From Bacillota bacterium (GTDB taxonomy: Bacteria; Bacillota_I; Bacilli_A; RF39; UBA660): a DNA stretch of 64,000 bases. Of the stretch, positions 38,429-49,737 are shown piece by piece; the stretch's first letter is position 1; each line of letters opens with the position of its first letter. The DNA lies in the NCBI GenBank assembly GCA_015059425.1, contig SVAM01000002.1:12063-76062 (forward strand), read 5' to 3'. The notes under the pieces are model-generated. The model was not told where the DNA came from and searched no databases. It saw only the letters and a program-made list of their open reading frames with translations. The position numbers and the translations under genes are program-made.

Positions 38429-40582
38429 ATGGAATACGAACTTAGTAAAATGACATTTGAAGAATTATATGAGAAAATTAAAAACAATATAAAAGATACT
38501 GATGAGTTAATTAAAATAAAAGAAGCGTATAATTATGCTTTTGAAACTCATAAAGAAATGAAAAGATTAACTGGTGAAGATTATATTAAGCATCCTTTGG
38601 AAGTTGCTAATATTTTAAATGATTTAAACGTGGATGCTACAACTATTATTGCAGCTTTACTGCATGAAGTAATAAATAATGGTGATAGAGAAATAAGTGA
38701 AATTAAAGAATTATTTGGGGATACTGTTGCTACTATAGTGGATTCTATAACTAAAATTAATAAATTAGAATTAGTTGATGATAGTGAATCTAGTGCATTA
38801 TATTTAAGAAAAGTTTTAGTAGGACTCGCTACTGATGTAAGAGTTTTATATTTAAAACTAGCAGATCGTTTGCATAACATGCGAACTAATTATGTTATTA
38901 GTCCTAAAAAACAAAAGAAAAAAGCTTATGAAACTCAAGCGGTATTAATACCTATTGCCCATCGTTTAGGAATTAATTCTATTAAAAGTGAATTAGAAGA
39001 TTTATGCTTATATTATACTAAACCAGATGTATATAAAGATATTTTAGATAAATTAAATGAAAGTAAAAAAGAGTTACAAGAAGATTTAAATGAAATGAAA
39101 GAAAGTGTTACTGAAATATTATCAGAACAAGGCCTTAAATTTAAAATTAAAGGTCGTGTTAAAAGTGTTCATTCTATTTATAATAAACTTAGTACTGGTA
39201 GAAAATGGAATGATATATATGATATCTTAGCATTAAGAGTAATACTTGATAAAGTAAGTGATTGTTATATGGCAGTAGGGTTAGTTCATTCTAAATATAG
39301 ACCTATTCCTAAAAGATTTAAAGATTATATAGCAATGCCAAAAGCTAATATGTATCAAAGTTTACATACGACAGTATTTGGTATAGATGGTCATTTATTT
39401 GAAATTCAATTTAGAACATATGAAATGGATGAATTTGCAGAAAAAGGTATGGCATCACATTGGTCTTATAAAGAACATGGTACTAAAAAAGCTCAAAATA
39501 TCATGGAGCAGAAATTAGAAATGTTTAGAAACTTAATTGAAACTAATGAAAATGTAGATGATGATGCTTTTCAAGTTGATGTTAATAGCGATATGCTTGC
39601 CGAAATGATTTATGTATTTACACCGAAAGGTGATGTTATTGAGCTTCCAAATGGAGCAACACCTGTTGATTTTGCTTATCGAATTCATTCTAATGTTGGA
39701 GATAAAATGGTTGGAGCTATAGTAAATGATGCCATTGTACCACTTAATCACAAACTTGAAAATAATGATATAGTTAAAATCAAGACTAATAGTAATGCTA
39801 CTCCTAATAAAGATTGGTTAAGTTTTGTTAAGACTAGTCAAGCTAAAAATAAAATTAAATCTTATTTTAGCAAAAAAGAAAGAACATTCATGATTGAAAA
39901 GGGTAAGGACATATTAGAAAAAGAATTACGTAAGAGAAAACTTGCTTTTAATGAAGTTATGAATGATGAAAATTTAAAGAAAATATTAAAAGATTTAAAG
40001 TTAGAAGATTTAGAAGATGTATATTTATCTATAGGAACATTAAGATACACTGCAGGTTATATAATTACTTTAACTAGTGATTCTAAAGAAAGTGTTGAGG
40101 ATGCTTTAATTGAAAAAGTTAATAATAAAATAGCTTTTGAAAAAAATTATAAGAATGATATTATTGTAGCAGGTATGGGAGATCTACTTGTAAATATAGC
40201 TAACTGTTGTAAACCAGTTAAAGGTGATGATATCATTGGTTTTATAACTAAAGGACAAGGTATTACAGTACATAAATGTGATTGTGTTAATGTTATAGGG
40301 AAATCAGAAAGATTAATTGATGTAGCTTGGAACAATGAATTAAACTCAGAATATTTAAGTGATTTATATATCGAAACCTTAAATGATAAGAATTATATAA
40401 CAGATATAATCGCTGCTTTTACAAAAAGAAATTTATATATAGATACATTTAAAACGAAAGAATATGTAGATAATTATATTTATGAAGTTACTTTGAAAGT
40501 AAAAAATAAAGAAGAAATAGACAGAATTATTTTGGATTTAGAAATGCTTTCATATGTTTCATCAGTTAAAAGGAGTAAATAA
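38429..40582 (+). CDS. rel: Long RSH (p)ppGpp synthetase (Rel), degenerate HD motif
   Basis: KLADRLHNMRT, RFKDYIA.PK.N.YQSLHT, TGS domain, CC..PV.GD, ACT domain. Confidence 0.96.
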   Translation: MEYELSKMTFEELYEKIKNNIKDTDELIKIKEAYNYAFETHKEMKRLTGEDYIKHPLEVANILNDLNVDATTIIAALLHEVINNGDREISEIKELFGDTVATIVDSITKINKLELVDDSESSALYLRKVLVGLATDVRVLYLKLADRLHNMRTNYVISPKKQKKKAYETQAVLIPIAHRLGINSIKSELEDLCLYYTKPDVYKDILDKLNESKKELQEDLNEMKESVTEILSEQGLKFKIKGRVKSVHSIYNKLSTGRKWNDIYDILALRVILDKVSDCYMAVGLVHSKYRPIPKRFKDYIAMPKANMYQSLHTTVFGIDGHLFEIQFRTYEMDEFAEKGMASHWSYKEHGTKKAQNIMEQKLEMFRNLIETNENVDDDAFQVDVNSDMLAEMIYVFTPKGDVIELPNGATPVDFAYRIHSNVGDKMVGAIVNDAIVPLNHKLENNDIVKIKTNSNATPNKDWLSFVKTSQAKNKIKSYFSKKERTFMIEKGKDILEKELRKRKLAFNEVMNDENLKKILKDLKLEDLEDVYLSIGTLRYTAGYIITLTSDSKESVEDALIEKVNNKIAFEKNYKNDIIVAGMGDLLVNIANCCKPVKGDDIIGFITKGQGITVHKCDCVNVIGKSERLIDVAWNNELNSEYLSDLYIETLNDKNYITDIIAAFTKRNLYIDTFKTKEYVDNYIYEVTLKVKNKEEIDRIILDLEMLSYVSSVKRSK

Positions 40583-41016
40583 TGAGAGTATTAGTACAAA
40601 GAAGTAAAAAAAGTAATGTTAAAGTAGATAATAAAGTAGTGGGTAGTATTAGTTCAGGCTTAGTTTTATTAGTAGGTTTTACTTATGGTGATAGTGAAGA
40701 AATTATTGATAAAATGATAAAAAAAATAATTAATCTAAGAATATTTGATGATGAAAATGGTGTAATGAATAAATCAATATTAGATTATGGTGGCGAGATA
40801 CTATCAATTAGTCAATTTACTTTGTATGCTGATACTAAAAAAGGTAATAGGCCATCATATATAAATGCATTAAAAAGTGATGAAGCTACTATTTTATACG
40901 ATATCTTTAATAAAAAAATAAAAGAATATATTAATGTTGAAACTGGCGTATTTGGTGCTGAAATGGAAGTTAATATTATTAATGATGGACCAATTACGAT
41001 AATGTTAGAGCTATGA
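40582..41016 (+). CDS. dtd: D-aminoacyl-tRNA deacylase
   Basis: SQFTL, GNRPS, NDGPIT. Confidence 0.96.
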   Translation: MRVLVQRSKKSNVKVDNKVVGSISSGLVLLVGFTYGDSEEIIDKMIKKIINLRIFDDENGVMNKSILDYGGEILSISQFTLYADTKKGNRPSYINALKSDEATILYDIFNKKIKEYINVETGVFGAEMEVNIINDGPITIMLEL

Positions 41017-41600
41017 TTATGAATAATGCATTATTAGAAGAAGCTTTAGTTGACAAAAGTGAAAAACTAGGAATTGATTTGAAACTTTTAGCTTACAAAT
41101 TTGCTTTAGAATATAAAAAATATTTTTCGTGGGCCAAACTCAAAAGAATGGATTTTAATAAATTAGATACATTCAAGGATACAAGGCTTGATTTAACTAA
41201 AAATCATACTTTAACGGTTGCAGAAAAGAAAATATTAGCTTTTAATGATGTTTATCATTTAAATTATGATGCATATACATATATTGCAATTAATTTAAAA
41301 GAAGAAGTTAAAGAAATTGTTATAAATTCTAAGCCTAAAAAAATAATATGCCATTTGGATATTTATAATTTAATTGAAAATATCAAGGAAGAGTACGGTT
41401 TAAAAATATATTTGGAAGGGTATTTAGAATATAGAAAAGAATTATATGTAAAATCTTTAATATATAATTATATTTATTGTTTGTTGTTAAAAGATTCAGC
41501 TACAGAATATGATTATGCTGTAGCAGGTATGTTTAAAAATGCTTATTTTGATATAATTTCTATTTATGAGAACACTTTAGACAAAAAAATGGCTTTGTAA
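41013..41600 (+). CDS. Hypothetical protein
   Basis: 195-aa ORF overlapping the dtd stop. Confidence 0.6.
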   Translation: MIMNNALLEEALVDKSEKLGIDLKLLAYKFALEYKKYFSWAKLKRMDFNKLDTFKDTRLDLTKNHTLTVAEKKILAFNDVYHLNYDAYTYIAINLKEEVKEIVINSKPKKIICHLDIYNLIENIKEEYGLKIYLEGYLEYRKELYVKSLIYNYIYCLLLKDSATEYDYAVAGMFKNAYFDIISIYENTLDKKMAL

Positions 41601-41685
41601 AGCGAATTTTCTTTACAAAGTCTTTTATTTTTGTTATAATGCATCTTACCGTCTTAAAAACGGATAGAAAAAGGAGGGATTTTTT

Positions 41686-42321
41686 ATGATAAAAAATCTA
41701 AATAAAAGTGTGAGTAGTATTGAAGAATTGTTGTTGTTTTATAATAAATATTTAGCATTAGATAATGATGAAGTATTTTTACTAAATTTAGTAACTAATA
41801 TGACTAATACATTTAATGCTAAAATACCTACAGAGAAGGAACAAAAAGTATATGAAATTCCTTTAGAAGAACTAAAATATAATGAAATGGATTTTGCAAA
41901 TATGAGTATGTTTGCTCGTAAATGTGTCAATTTCTGGGATACAGCAACTATTACAATTAGTAATTTATGTGAAGTTAAAATTAATAGTATTGGAAATATT
42001 TTAGAGATTAATTCTATAAATCCAGAAATGCAAAATTTTAATAATTCAGATATTTTTAGTTTTTTAGAACATTTTAGTTATTTAGAAGGTGCTGATAAAG
42101 CAAAAAAAGATTTAAATAATGTAATTATTCAAAATGTTTTAGCTTCTAAAATATATAAAACTGTTAGTGAACAAGTAAGAATTACTAAAGGAATATATGC
42201 TTCAAATGCATTTAGATTAATTAATTATGGAATAATAAATTATGAAAATACGATTGCTTCAAGATTAGAAAATAAAGAGCAAATAAATCATGGATTTTCA
42301 CGTGTTAGATCACAAAGATAA
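41686..42321 (+). CDS. Hypothetical protein with basic C-terminus
   Basis: Own promoter, AGGAGG RBS; ends FSRVRSQR. Confidence 0.7.
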   Translation: MIKNLNKSVSSIEELLLFYNKYLALDNDEVFLLNLVTNMTNTFNAKIPTEKEQKVYEIPLEELKYNEMDFANMSMFARKCVNFWDTATITISNLCEVKINSIGNILEINSINPEMQNFNNSDIFSFLEHFSYLEGADKAKKDLNNVIIQNVLASKIYKTVSEQVRITKGIYASNAFRLINYGIINYENTIASRLENKEQINHGFSRVRSQR

Positions 42322-42369
42322 TCTTGACTATTTACACATTTTATACTAAAATATTAATATAATATTTTT

Positions 42370-42570
42370 CTAAGGAAAACCGAGTAAATTTAGGTTTAAC
42401 TTTAAAGAGAGGGCTAGGTGCTGTGAAAGCCTAAAGTTTAATAAATTGAAAGACAGTTTCCAATATTAGAAAACGCATATGTTTGCGATAAAAATAGAAA
42501 GAGTACTTAGTAAAGTAAGGTGGCACCGCGCATATTTATGCGTCCTTACGTATTGCTAAGTTTTTTTATT
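42370..42570 (+). promoter_or_regulatory. T-box riboswitch, Asp specifier (GAC)
   Basis: AGAGAG, GCTGTGAAA, GAAA-GAC-A, AAGGTGGCACCGCG antiterminator, terminator T-run. Confidence 0.9.
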
Positions 42571-42587
42571 TATAAGGAGGAAAGAAA

Positions 42588-43853
42588 ATGATTATTAAAC
42601 CAAAAGGAACTTATGATATTTACGGGAGCGATGCTAAATACTATAACTACATTAATAGTTTATTTAGTACTATAGCAGAATATTATAATTATAAATTTAT
42701 AAGAACGCCTATATTTGAATCTAGTGAATTGTTTCATCGTACTGTTGGAGAAACAAGTGATATAGTATCTAAAGAAACATATGACTTCGTGGATCGTGGC
42801 GAAAGGAATGTTACTTTAAGACCTGAAGGCACTGCTGGTGTAGTTCGCTCTTATATTGAAAATAAAATGTATGGAGAAGTAAATCAACCGATAAAACTAT
42901 ATTATTCAGGACCAATGTATCGTTACGAAAGACCTCAAGCAGGAAGATATAGAGAGTTTACACAATTTGGGGTTGAAGTATTAGGAAGTGATTTACCTAT
43001 TCAAGATGCTGAGGTAATAAGTTTAGCTTACCGTGTATTAGAAGAAATGGGTATTGATAATATAACAGTTAAGATTAATACTTTAGGAGATGCTGAATCG
43101 CGTGTTAATTATCGTGAAGCTTTAGTTAAGTATTTAGAACCACACATTAATAATTTATGTCCTGACTGTCAAAATAGATTTAAAACTAATCCATTAAGAA
43201 TACTGGATTGTAAAGCGGATAAAGATAGTGATATTTTAAAAAATGCACCATCTATACTTGATTACCTAAATGAAGAAAGTAAAAATAGATTTGATAAAGT
43301 ATTAGAATACTTAACTATTTTAGATGTAGATTACGAATTAGATTCTAATATTGTTCGTGGTTTAGATTATTATAATCATACTGTATTTGAACTAGTTACA
43401 GATATGCCTGAACTTGGAAATGCTAGTACTTTAGGGGCTGGTGGAAGATATAATAATTTAGTTGAGAACTTAGGTGGGCCATCTACTCCGTGTGTAGGAT
43501 GGGCATGTGGTGTTGATAGACTAATGATTATCTTAAAAGAATTAAATAAAGATAGCGAGATAACTGATAATGTGGATGTATATGTTATGGCTGTTAATGA
43601 TGAAGAAAGACTTACTGCAGCACGTTTAGTTCAAGATTTACGTTGGAGCGAATTAAAAGTGGAATATGATACTTTAGATAGAGGATTAAAAGCTCAGTTT
43701 AAAGCAGCGGACAGAATAAACGCTAGACTATTAGTTATATTAAATAGTGAAGAGTTAAACAAAGGTATTATTACGGTAAAAGATAATCTAACTAAAGAAG
43801 AAGTTAAAATAGATGAAAACGAAATAATAGATTATATTATTAGTAATTTATAA
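42588..43853 (+). CDS. hisS: Histidine--tRNA ligase
   Basis: LRPEGTA, RYERPQAGRYREFTQ, VRGLDYY, GGRY. Confidence 0.97.
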   Translation: MIIKPKGTYDIYGSDAKYYNYINSLFSTIAEYYNYKFIRTPIFESSELFHRTVGETSDIVSKETYDFVDRGERNVTLRPEGTAGVVRSYIENKMYGEVNQPIKLYYSGPMYRYERPQAGRYREFTQFGVEVLGSDLPIQDAEVISLAYRVLEEMGIDNITVKINTLGDAESRVNYREALVKYLEPHINNLCPDCQNRFKTNPLRILDCKADKDSDILKNAPSILDYLNEESKNRFDKVLEYLTILDVDYELDSNIVRGLDYYNHTVFELVTDMPELGNASTLGAGGRYNNLVENLGGPSTPCVGWACGVDRLMIILKELNKDSEITDNVDVYVMAVNDEERLTAARLVQDLRWSELKVEYDTLDRGLKAQFKAADRINARLLVILNSEELNKGIITVKDNLTKEEVKIDENEIIDYIISNL

Positions 43854-43862
43854 GGAGTTAAT

Positions 43863-45590
43863 ATGGAAAATATTTATAGAAATATATATTGTGGAGATTT
43901 AAGAAAAGAACATGTTGGTAAGACTGTAAAAGTAGCAGGATGGATAAATTCTATTAGAAATTTGGGTAGCCTAGTATTTTTAACTTTGAGAGATGAAACT
44001 GGATTAGTTCAAGTTATAAGTGAAGATGTAGAACTATTTAATGATATTACTAGGGAATCTACTGCTGCTATTGAAGGTGTAGTAAGAATGAGAAGCGATA
44101 TTAATCCAAACATGCCGACTGGTGAAATTGAAATTGTTTTGGATAGTATTAAAATTCTTGGTAAATGTATGAATGTTTTACCATTTGAAGTTAATAGAAG
44201 TAAAGATGCTAGTGAAGAAGCAAGATTAAAATTTCGTTATTTAGATTTAAGAAATCCTTTAGTGCATGAAAAAATAGTATTTAGAACTAAAGTTATTGAA
44301 TTTTTAAGGAATACTATGAAATCATTAGATTTTACAGAAATTTCTACTCCTATAATAACTGCTAGTTCACCTGAAGGAGCAAGAGATTTTGTTATACCTT
44401 CAAGAAATTATAAAGGAAAATTTTATGCGCTACCACAAGCACCTCAAATTTACAAGCAATTATTAATGGTATCAGGTTTTAATAGATACTTTCAAATAGC
44501 GCCATGCTTTAGAGATGAAGATTGCCGTGCAGATCGTACCTTAGAATTTTATCAATTAGACTTAGAAATGAGTTTTGCAACTGAAGAAGATGTATACCAA
44601 GTTGGTGAAAAAATCTTCTATGATACATTTACGAAATTTGGAAATAAAGAAGTTAGCCCAAGACCATTTAGAAGAATAGCATTTAAAGAAGCTATGGAAA
44701 AATATGGTTCTGATAAACCAGATTTACGTAATCCTTTAATTATTGAAGACATTACAGAAATATTTAGTAATACAAGCTTCAATGGTTTTAAAGAAAAAAT
44801 AGTAAAAGCTATTAAAGTAAATAGTTGTGATAAGCCAAATTCGTGGTATAAGAAATTAGAAGAGTTTATAAAAGAAAAAGGAGCTCAAGGTTTAGCGTAC
44901 ATTAAAGTTGAAGAAAATGAGCTTAAATCAACTATAACAAAATTCTTAAGTGTTGATGAAATAAATGGATTAAAAAACACTTTAAAATTAGAAACTGGCA
45001 ATGTTGTATTTATTTTAGCAGGCGATAAAAAAGTAGTTAAATATTCAGGAATCTTAAGAAATAAATTAGGGGAAGAATTAGAACTAATAGATAATAATAA
45101 ATTTGAATTCTGTATAATTAATGATTTCCCAATGTTTGAATATAATGAAGAAGAAGAGAAATGGGATTTTGGGCACAATCCATTTAGTATGCCAAAAGGT
45201 GGTTTAGAAGCTTTAAGAAACGGTGATATTGAAAATGTTGTTGCGCATCAATATGACTTTGTATGTAATGGCTGTGAAATGGCTTCTGGAGCAGTACGTA
45301 ATCATGATATTGAAATTATGAAAGAAGCTTTTGCTATCGCTGGTTATGATGAAGAAGTAATTAAGAATAAATTTAGATCACTATATACTGCATTCCAATT
45401 TGGAGCACCTCCTCATGCTGGTATGGCTCCTGGTATTGATAGAATAATAATGCTTTTGACTGATGAAGAAAACTTAAGAGAAGTTCAAGTATTCCCACCA
45501 AATGTATCGGGTATGGATTTACTTATGGGTAGCCCAAATGAACTTGATGAACGTCAATTAAGAGAATTACATATTAAAATTAGAGATTAG
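43863..45590 (+). CDS. aspS: Aspartate--tRNA ligase
   Basis: PEGARDF, ALPQAPQ, CFRDED, GAPPHAG. Confidence 0.97.
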   Translation: MENIYRNIYCGDLRKEHVGKTVKVAGWINSIRNLGSLVFLTLRDETGLVQVISEDVELFNDITRESTAAIEGVVRMRSDINPNMPTGEIEIVLDSIKILGKCMNVLPFEVNRSKDASEEARLKFRYLDLRNPLVHEKIVFRTKVIEFLRNTMKSLDFTEISTPIITASSPEGARDFVIPSRNYKGKFYALPQAPQIYKQLLMVSGFNRYFQIAPCFRDEDCRADRTLEFYQLDLEMSFATEEDVYQVGEKIFYDTFTKFGNKEVSPRPFRRIAFKEAMEKYGSDKPDLRNPLIIEDITEIFSNTSFNGFKEKIVKAIKVNSCDKPNSWYKKLEEFIKEKGAQGLAYIKVEENELKSTITKFLSVDEINGLKNTLKLETGNVVFILAGDKKVVKYSGILRNKLGEELELIDNNKFEFCIINDFPMFEYNEEEEKWDFGHNPFSMPKGGLEALRNGDIENVVAHQYDFVCNGCEMASGAVRNHDIEIMKEAFAIAGYDEEVIKNKFRSLYTAFQFGAPPHAGMAPGIDRIIMLLTDEENLREVQVFPPNVSGMDLLMGSPNELDERQLRELHIKIRD

Positions 45591-45604
45591 AAAGGATAAT
45601 TAAA

Positions 45605-46972
45605 ATGGATTTAAGAGATTTATTTAGAAATATAGAAGAATATGTAGGAAAAGAAATTACTATACAAGGTTGGATAAGAAATCATCGTGATGGAAAAAAC
45701 TTTGGGTTTATCGATTTTTCTGACGGTACTTGTGGGGAGCATTTACAAGTAGTATATGAAGATATATTAGATAATTTTAAAGAAATAACTAAATTTTCTT
45801 TAGGAAGTGCTATCGAAGTTACTGGAACTCTTGTAGAATCTCAAGGGACTCAAGATTATGAATTAAAAAGTACTAAAATAACTCTTTTAGGTAGTTGTAG
45901 TGAAGATTATCCTTTGCAAGCAAAAGGGCGTCCTACAAGAGAGTTTCTAAGAGAAATAGCATATTTAAGACCTAGAACTAATTTATTTCAAGCTGTATTT
46001 AGAGTAAGAAGTATTGCGGCATATGCAATACACAAATATTTTCAAGAAAGAGGCTATGTATATTTTCATGCTCCACTTATTACGGCCAGTGACTGTGAAG
46101 GAGCAGGGGAAATGTTTCAAGTAACAACACTACCTTTAGATAAATTAAAAGGTGAACCAGATTATTCTAAAGACTTCTTTGGTAAAATGACTAACTTAAC
46201 AGTAAGTGGTCAATTAGAAGCAGAAACATTTGCTATGGCTTATAAAAAAACTTATACTTTTGGGCCAACTTTTAGAGCAGAAAATTCAAATACAAAAACA
46301 CACGCATCAGAATTCTGGATGATTGAACCAGAAATAGCATTTTGTGATTTAGATGGTGATATGGATATTATGGAAGATATGCTTAAATATGTAGTTAAGT
46401 ATGTTTTAGATAATGCTAAAACTGAAATAGAATTTTTTGATAAATTTGTAGAAAAAGGATTACTTGATAAACTTAATAAATTAGTAAATAGTAGTTTTGT
46501 TAGAATTGATCATGAAGAAGTTATTAAAATATTAAAAGAAGCTCCAGTTAAATGGGAGTTTACACCAGAATATGGTGAAGATATAGCAAAAGAACATGAA
46601 AAATATATAACCGAATATTTTAATGGACCAGTATTTATTAAAAATTGGCCAAAAGATATAAAAGCATTTTATATGAAACAAAATGCTGATGGTAAAACTG
46701 TTGCGGCAGTAGACCTTGAAGTACCAGGCGCAGGAGAACTTATGGGTGGATCTCAAAGAGAAGAAAATTATGAAAAATTAAAATCTAGAATGATAGAAAT
46801 GGGACTTGAGCCTGAATCTATGGATTGGTACTTAAATTTAAGAAAATTTGGAGGATGTGTACATTCAGGTTTTGGTATGGGCTTTGAAAGATTACTTATA
46901 TATCTAACAGGTGTAGATAATATTAGAGATGTAATACCATATCCTAGAACTCCAAAAACTTGTGAATTTTAA
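45605..46972 (+). CDS. asnS: Asparagine--tRNA ligase
   Basis: LTVSGQL, FRAENSNT, EFWMIEPE, GGSQRE, GFGMGFER. Confidence 0.97.
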   Translation: MDLRDLFRNIEEYVGKEITIQGWIRNHRDGKNFGFIDFSDGTCGEHLQVVYEDILDNFKEITKFSLGSAIEVTGTLVESQGTQDYELKSTKITLLGSCSEDYPLQAKGRPTREFLREIAYLRPRTNLFQAVFRVRSIAAYAIHKYFQERGYVYFHAPLITASDCEGAGEMFQVTTLPLDKLKGEPDYSKDFFGKMTNLTVSGQLEAETFAMAYKKTYTFGPTFRAENSNTKTHASEFWMIEPEIAFCDLDGDMDIMEDMLKYVVKYVLDNAKTEIEFFDKFVEKGLLDKLNKLVNSSFVRIDHEEVIKILKEAPVKWEFTPEYGEDIAKEHEKYITEYFNGPVFIKNWPKDIKAFYMKQNADGKTVAAVDLEVPGAGELMGGSQREENYEKLKSRMIEMGLEPESMDWYLNLRKFGGCVHSGFGMGFERLLIYLTGVDNIRDVIPYPRTPKTCEF

Positions 46973-46994
46973 TTGATTTATAGTGGGTATTTTT

Positions 46995-47972
46995 ATGAAA
47001 ATAGAAAAATATTATGAATTAACTGATGAAAACAATGAAAGTAGACTTCTAATAAGTCTTGAAAACATTGAAGATTTATCTATTGCATTATCTGATGTTG
47101 TAGTAGTAAGAGATAAAAAAGATGAATTAAATACACGTAGACGCTTAAATTTTATTAATGGTTACTTAGTATTGAATGATAATTCTTTTATGAATTTGAA
47201 GGGAGAAATAAATACATTTCCTAATGTACGAATAATATATCCTTTTAACTGTGATAGAGCAAATGTTAAAATTCTTGATAAATCTAATAATTTCGGTTTT
47301 ATAGATCAACACGGAAATATTATTTTTAATGGTGCTACAAGCACTAAACCATTTTCTTGTTCTTTAGCTCCAGTACAGTTATTATATGAAAATGGATGTA
47401 CTTATTGGACTTATATCGATAAAGATGGAAATATAGCTACTGATGAAAGATTTATTGCTGCTGATGTATTTATAAATGGTGAAGCTTTAGTTTTTGATAG
47501 TGATAATAAATGGAAAAAGATAAATACAAATTTTGAAGTAATTAAAGAAGAATCTGATATTTCTAAGGATGATTTATTTGATTTTCAAACTTTAAAAAAT
47601 ATCAATCGATTATTTAAAATAGATAATGTAGATGTTTATGCTTATAGCACTTTTAAAGATAAAAATCAGGATATTACTAAATACTCAATAAGTTTTAAAG
47701 ATAATGCTTTAGGAATAAAAACTGGTATGTTTATTGAAGCAATGGTTAAAAGGTTTAATCTAACATTAACAAGTACTTCTTTAGAAAAAAGATTTATTGA
47801 AACTATTGAAAAGGTTTCTGAATTAGGGGCATTTCTACTTTTAAATACTGATAATTTTGAAGTAAAAGAAGCTAAAGTAAGAGAAGGTTATAAATTAATA
47901 GATGATGAAGGAAGATTTATAATTACGTTTGATGAAGAAGATAAGGAAATGGTAAGAAAAAGAATTAAATAA
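46995..47972 (+). CDS. WG-repeat-containing protein
   Basis: FGFIDQHGN...PFSCSLAPV and WTYIDKDGN...FINGEALV units. Confidence 0.7.
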   Translation: MKIEKYYELTDENNESRLLISLENIEDLSIALSDVVVVRDKKDELNTRRRLNFINGYLVLNDNSFMNLKGEINTFPNVRIIYPFNCDRANVKILDKSNNFGFIDQHGNIIFNGATSTKPFSCSLAPVQLLYENGCTYWTYIDKDGNIATDERFIAADVFINGEALVFDSDNKWKKINTNFEVIKEESDISKDDLFDFQTLKNINRLFKIDNVDVYAYSTFKDKNQDITKYSISFKDNALGIKTGMFIEAMVKRFNLTLTSTSLEKRFIETIEKVSELGAFLLLNTDNFEVKEAKVREGYKLIDDEGRFIITFDEEDKEMVRKRIK

Positions 47973-47992
47973 AATAATTAAGGAGGACAAAA

Positions 47993-48289
47993 ATGGGTAA
48001 GTTCACAAAAGAAATGGTTGATGATTTAGCAGATAAACTATTAATTGGTTTAACTGAGGAAGAAAATAAAATGGTTTTAGATGAATTTGAAATAATTGAT
48101 AAAACTATTGATATGATAAATGAAATAGATGGTATTAAAAATATTGAACCTATGACTCATGCTTTAGATGATTTTGAATTTGTGCTACGCGAAGATATTG
48201 CAAAAGAATCTATTAGTGTTGAAGATGCTCTTAGAAATGCTGGAGCTACCGAAGGTAGAGAAATTGAAGTACCAAAGGTGGTGGACTAA
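47993..48289 (+). CDS. gatC: Glu/Asp-tRNA amidotransferase subunit C
   Basis: EPMTH, LRED, VPKVV; precedes gatA. Confidence 0.92.
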   Translation: MGKFTKEMVDDLADKLLIGLTEEENKMVLDEFEIIDKTIDMINEIDGIKNIEPMTHALDDFEFVLREDIAKESISVEDALRNAGATEGREIEVPKVVD

Positions 48290-49737
48290 TGAATAAAAGT
48301 ATTAAAGAACTTCATGAATTATTAATTAATAATGAAATAACTAGTGAAGAATTAATTAAAGAATCATTAGAAAAGTCAGAAATTGTTCAAGAAAAATACA
48401 ATGCTTTTGTTACTATTTGTCATGATGCAAAATCAAGTGCAATAACAGATGAGTTAATATCAGGCATCCCATTTGGAGTCAAAGATAATTTTTCTACTAA
48501 AGGAGTACTATCTACGGGTTCTTCTAATACACTAAATAATTATGTACCGTTTTTTAATGCTACTGTAATTGAAAGATTATTTAATAAAGGTGCCGTTATG
48601 GTAAATAAAACAGTTTTAGATGAATTTGGAATGGGTGGCACAGGAACTACAGGCCATACCGGAACTGTTTTAAATCCATGGGATAAAACCAGAATGTGTG
48701 CAGGTTCATCTGCAGGTTCAGCTTGTGCTGTAGCAGCCGGTGTATATCCGTATGCTTTAGGTAGTGATACAGGTGACTCAATTAGAAAACCAGCAGCATA
48801 CTGTGGTATTGTTGGATATAAACCAACTTATGGAATGTTATCACGTTATGGTCTATTTCCTTTTGCTTCAAGCATGGATCATGTTGGAGTGTTATCTCGT
48901 AGTGTAGAAGATGCTGCAATTGTTGTAGATGCAATGAAAGGTATAGATGAAAATGACATGACTACTTGGGATTCTAGTCATATTAACTTAACTGAATCTT
49001 TAACAGGTGATGTTAAATGTAAAAAACTTTTTTATATAAAAGAATTGTGTGATATTAATAATTATGATAATCCTAGTGATGAATTAAAATTACATTTAGA
49101 AAATTTTAATAAAACATTAGAATTATGTAAAGATTTAGGTGTTGAAGTTAAAGAAGAATCAGTTGATCAAAAAGTATTAAATGCAATAGACTCAGTATAT
49201 GTTGTTTTATCTTGTGCTGAGGCAACAAGTAATATGTCTAATTTAACAGGAATAATATTTGGCCCACGCGGAAATAGTACGAATATTACAGAAATGATGA
49301 AAGAACATAGAACTAAAGGTTTTTCACCATTAATTAAAAGACGTTTTGTAATTGGTTCATATGTATTACAAAGTGAAAATCAAGATAGATATTTTAAGAA
49401 TGCCCAAAAACTAAGAAGATTAATAGTAGATATTATGAAAAAATTCTTTAAAGAATATGATGGATTAATATTGCCTGTTGGAACAGGGCCTGCTAAAACA
49501 TTAGTTGGCGAAGCAGATAAACTTGATAATAATACTTCTGCTTTAGATGAACATTTGCAAATAGGCAATTTTGGTGGTTTTCCATCTATTACTATACCTA
49601 ATGGCTTTGTTAATAATTTACCGGTAGGAGTAAATATTACAGGCAATTGTTATGATGATGCTAACGTTTTAAATATAGCTTATGCTCTAGAATCTAAAAT
49701 GTCATACAAAGGTCAAATTGCTAAGGAGGTTAAGTAA
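48289..49737 (+). CDS. gatA: Amidotransferase subunit A
   Basis: Amidase signature GSSAGSA, GSDTGDSIRKPA. Confidence 0.95.
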   Translation: MNKSIKELHELLINNEITSEELIKESLEKSEIVQEKYNAFVTICHDAKSSAITDELISGIPFGVKDNFSTKGVLSTGSSNTLNNYVPFFNATVIERLFNKGAVMVNKTVLDEFGMGGTGTTGHTGTVLNPWDKTRMCAGSSAGSACAVAAGVYPYALGSDTGDSIRKPAAYCGIVGYKPTYGMLSRYGLFPFASSMDHVGVLSRSVEDAAIVVDAMKGIDENDMTTWDSSHINLTESLTGDVKCKKLFYIKELCDINNYDNPSDELKLHLENFNKTLELCKDLGVEVKEESVDQKVLNAIDSVYVVLSCAEATSNMSNLTGIIFGPRGNSTNITEMMKEHRTKGFSPLIKRRFVIGSYVLQSENQDRYFKNAQKLRRLIVDIMKKFFKEYDGLILPVGTGPAKTLVGEADKLDNNTSALDEHLQIGNFGGFPSITIPNGFVNNLPVGVNITGNCYDDANVLNIAYALESKMSYKGQIAKEVK

